From Epiperipatus broadwayi (lineage: Eukaryota; Animalia; Onychophora): a stretch of DNA of 64,000 bases. How positions within the stretch are numbered: position 1 is the first letter of the stretch; the number at the start of each line of letters is the position of its first letter. Position numbers and translations under genes: made by a program. Positions 63,750 through 64,000 of this stretch are shown piece by piece. The notes below the pieces were generated by a model that saw only the letters and a list, made by a program, of their open reading frames with translations, searched no databases and had not been told where the DNA came from. Where the stretch lies: assembly GCA_028023455.1 (NCBI GenBank), contig JAQFVV010000009.1, positions 15,996,001-16,060,000 on the forward strand. The letters are read 5' to 3'.

Positions 63750-64000
63750 GAGCAAAATTCTCCATACAGTATTGCCACCTGTGCTAAACAGAGTAATCAA
63801 TGGATGCCAGAAGGCTTGTGCATAAAATCCCTATCTAATGCCTACTCATCCAATATCCCCAGACTAGTTTCTGGCTTGTGGCCTTCATCAGTGAGGAGCT
63901 TTGGATCTGACACTGCATCTAGATCTTAGGATCTAATGCAACCCTCTAGCAACCACCTTTTATCTCTACTTAACTACAAAACTATGAGAATGAAATTGGA
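63750..64000 (-). mobile_element. pLTR-family PLE copy inserted into the hAT transposase N-terminus (runs off the window)
   Basis: Colinear with 44850-45110; hAT coding similarity stops at about 63745. Confidence 0.82.
63856..63897 (-). ncRNA. Minimal type-I hammerhead with an intact canonical core (CUGAUGA, GAAA, GUC)
   Basis: Minus strand reads TCCTCA / CTGATGA / A-GGC-CACAA-GCC-A / GAAA / CTAG / TC / TGGGGA, with palindromic CUAG in stem III. Confidence 0.78.

Overview
This is very AT-rich eukaryotic (probably invertebrate) DNA. The whole window appears to lie inside one minus-strand host gene, a GANP/MCM3AP (Sac3 family, TREX-2 scaffold) homolog. Six exons chain in frame through GT-AG sites (460 codons), separated by 4.5-21.5 kb introns. 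The introns hold layered transposons: a decayed Gypsy LTR element with a nested full-length RTE LINE, a second full-length RTE plus three fragments, a mariner remnant split by a hAT MITE, a Charlie/Buster-type hAT transposase, tRNA-derived SINEs and many Penelope-like elements (PLEs). The most notable signal is the PLE set. A nearly intact, motif-divergent PLE (27142-29423) carries a minimal type-I hammerhead ribozyme in its 3' UTR with a non-canonical A3-U8 core pair, and the same architecture recurs in decayed form in two diverged relatives. A second PLE terminal-repeat family carries a canonical-core hammerhead in three copies, plus a fourth copy truncated at the motif. All homology calls were made by eye from recalled family motifs; no database search or folding program was run.
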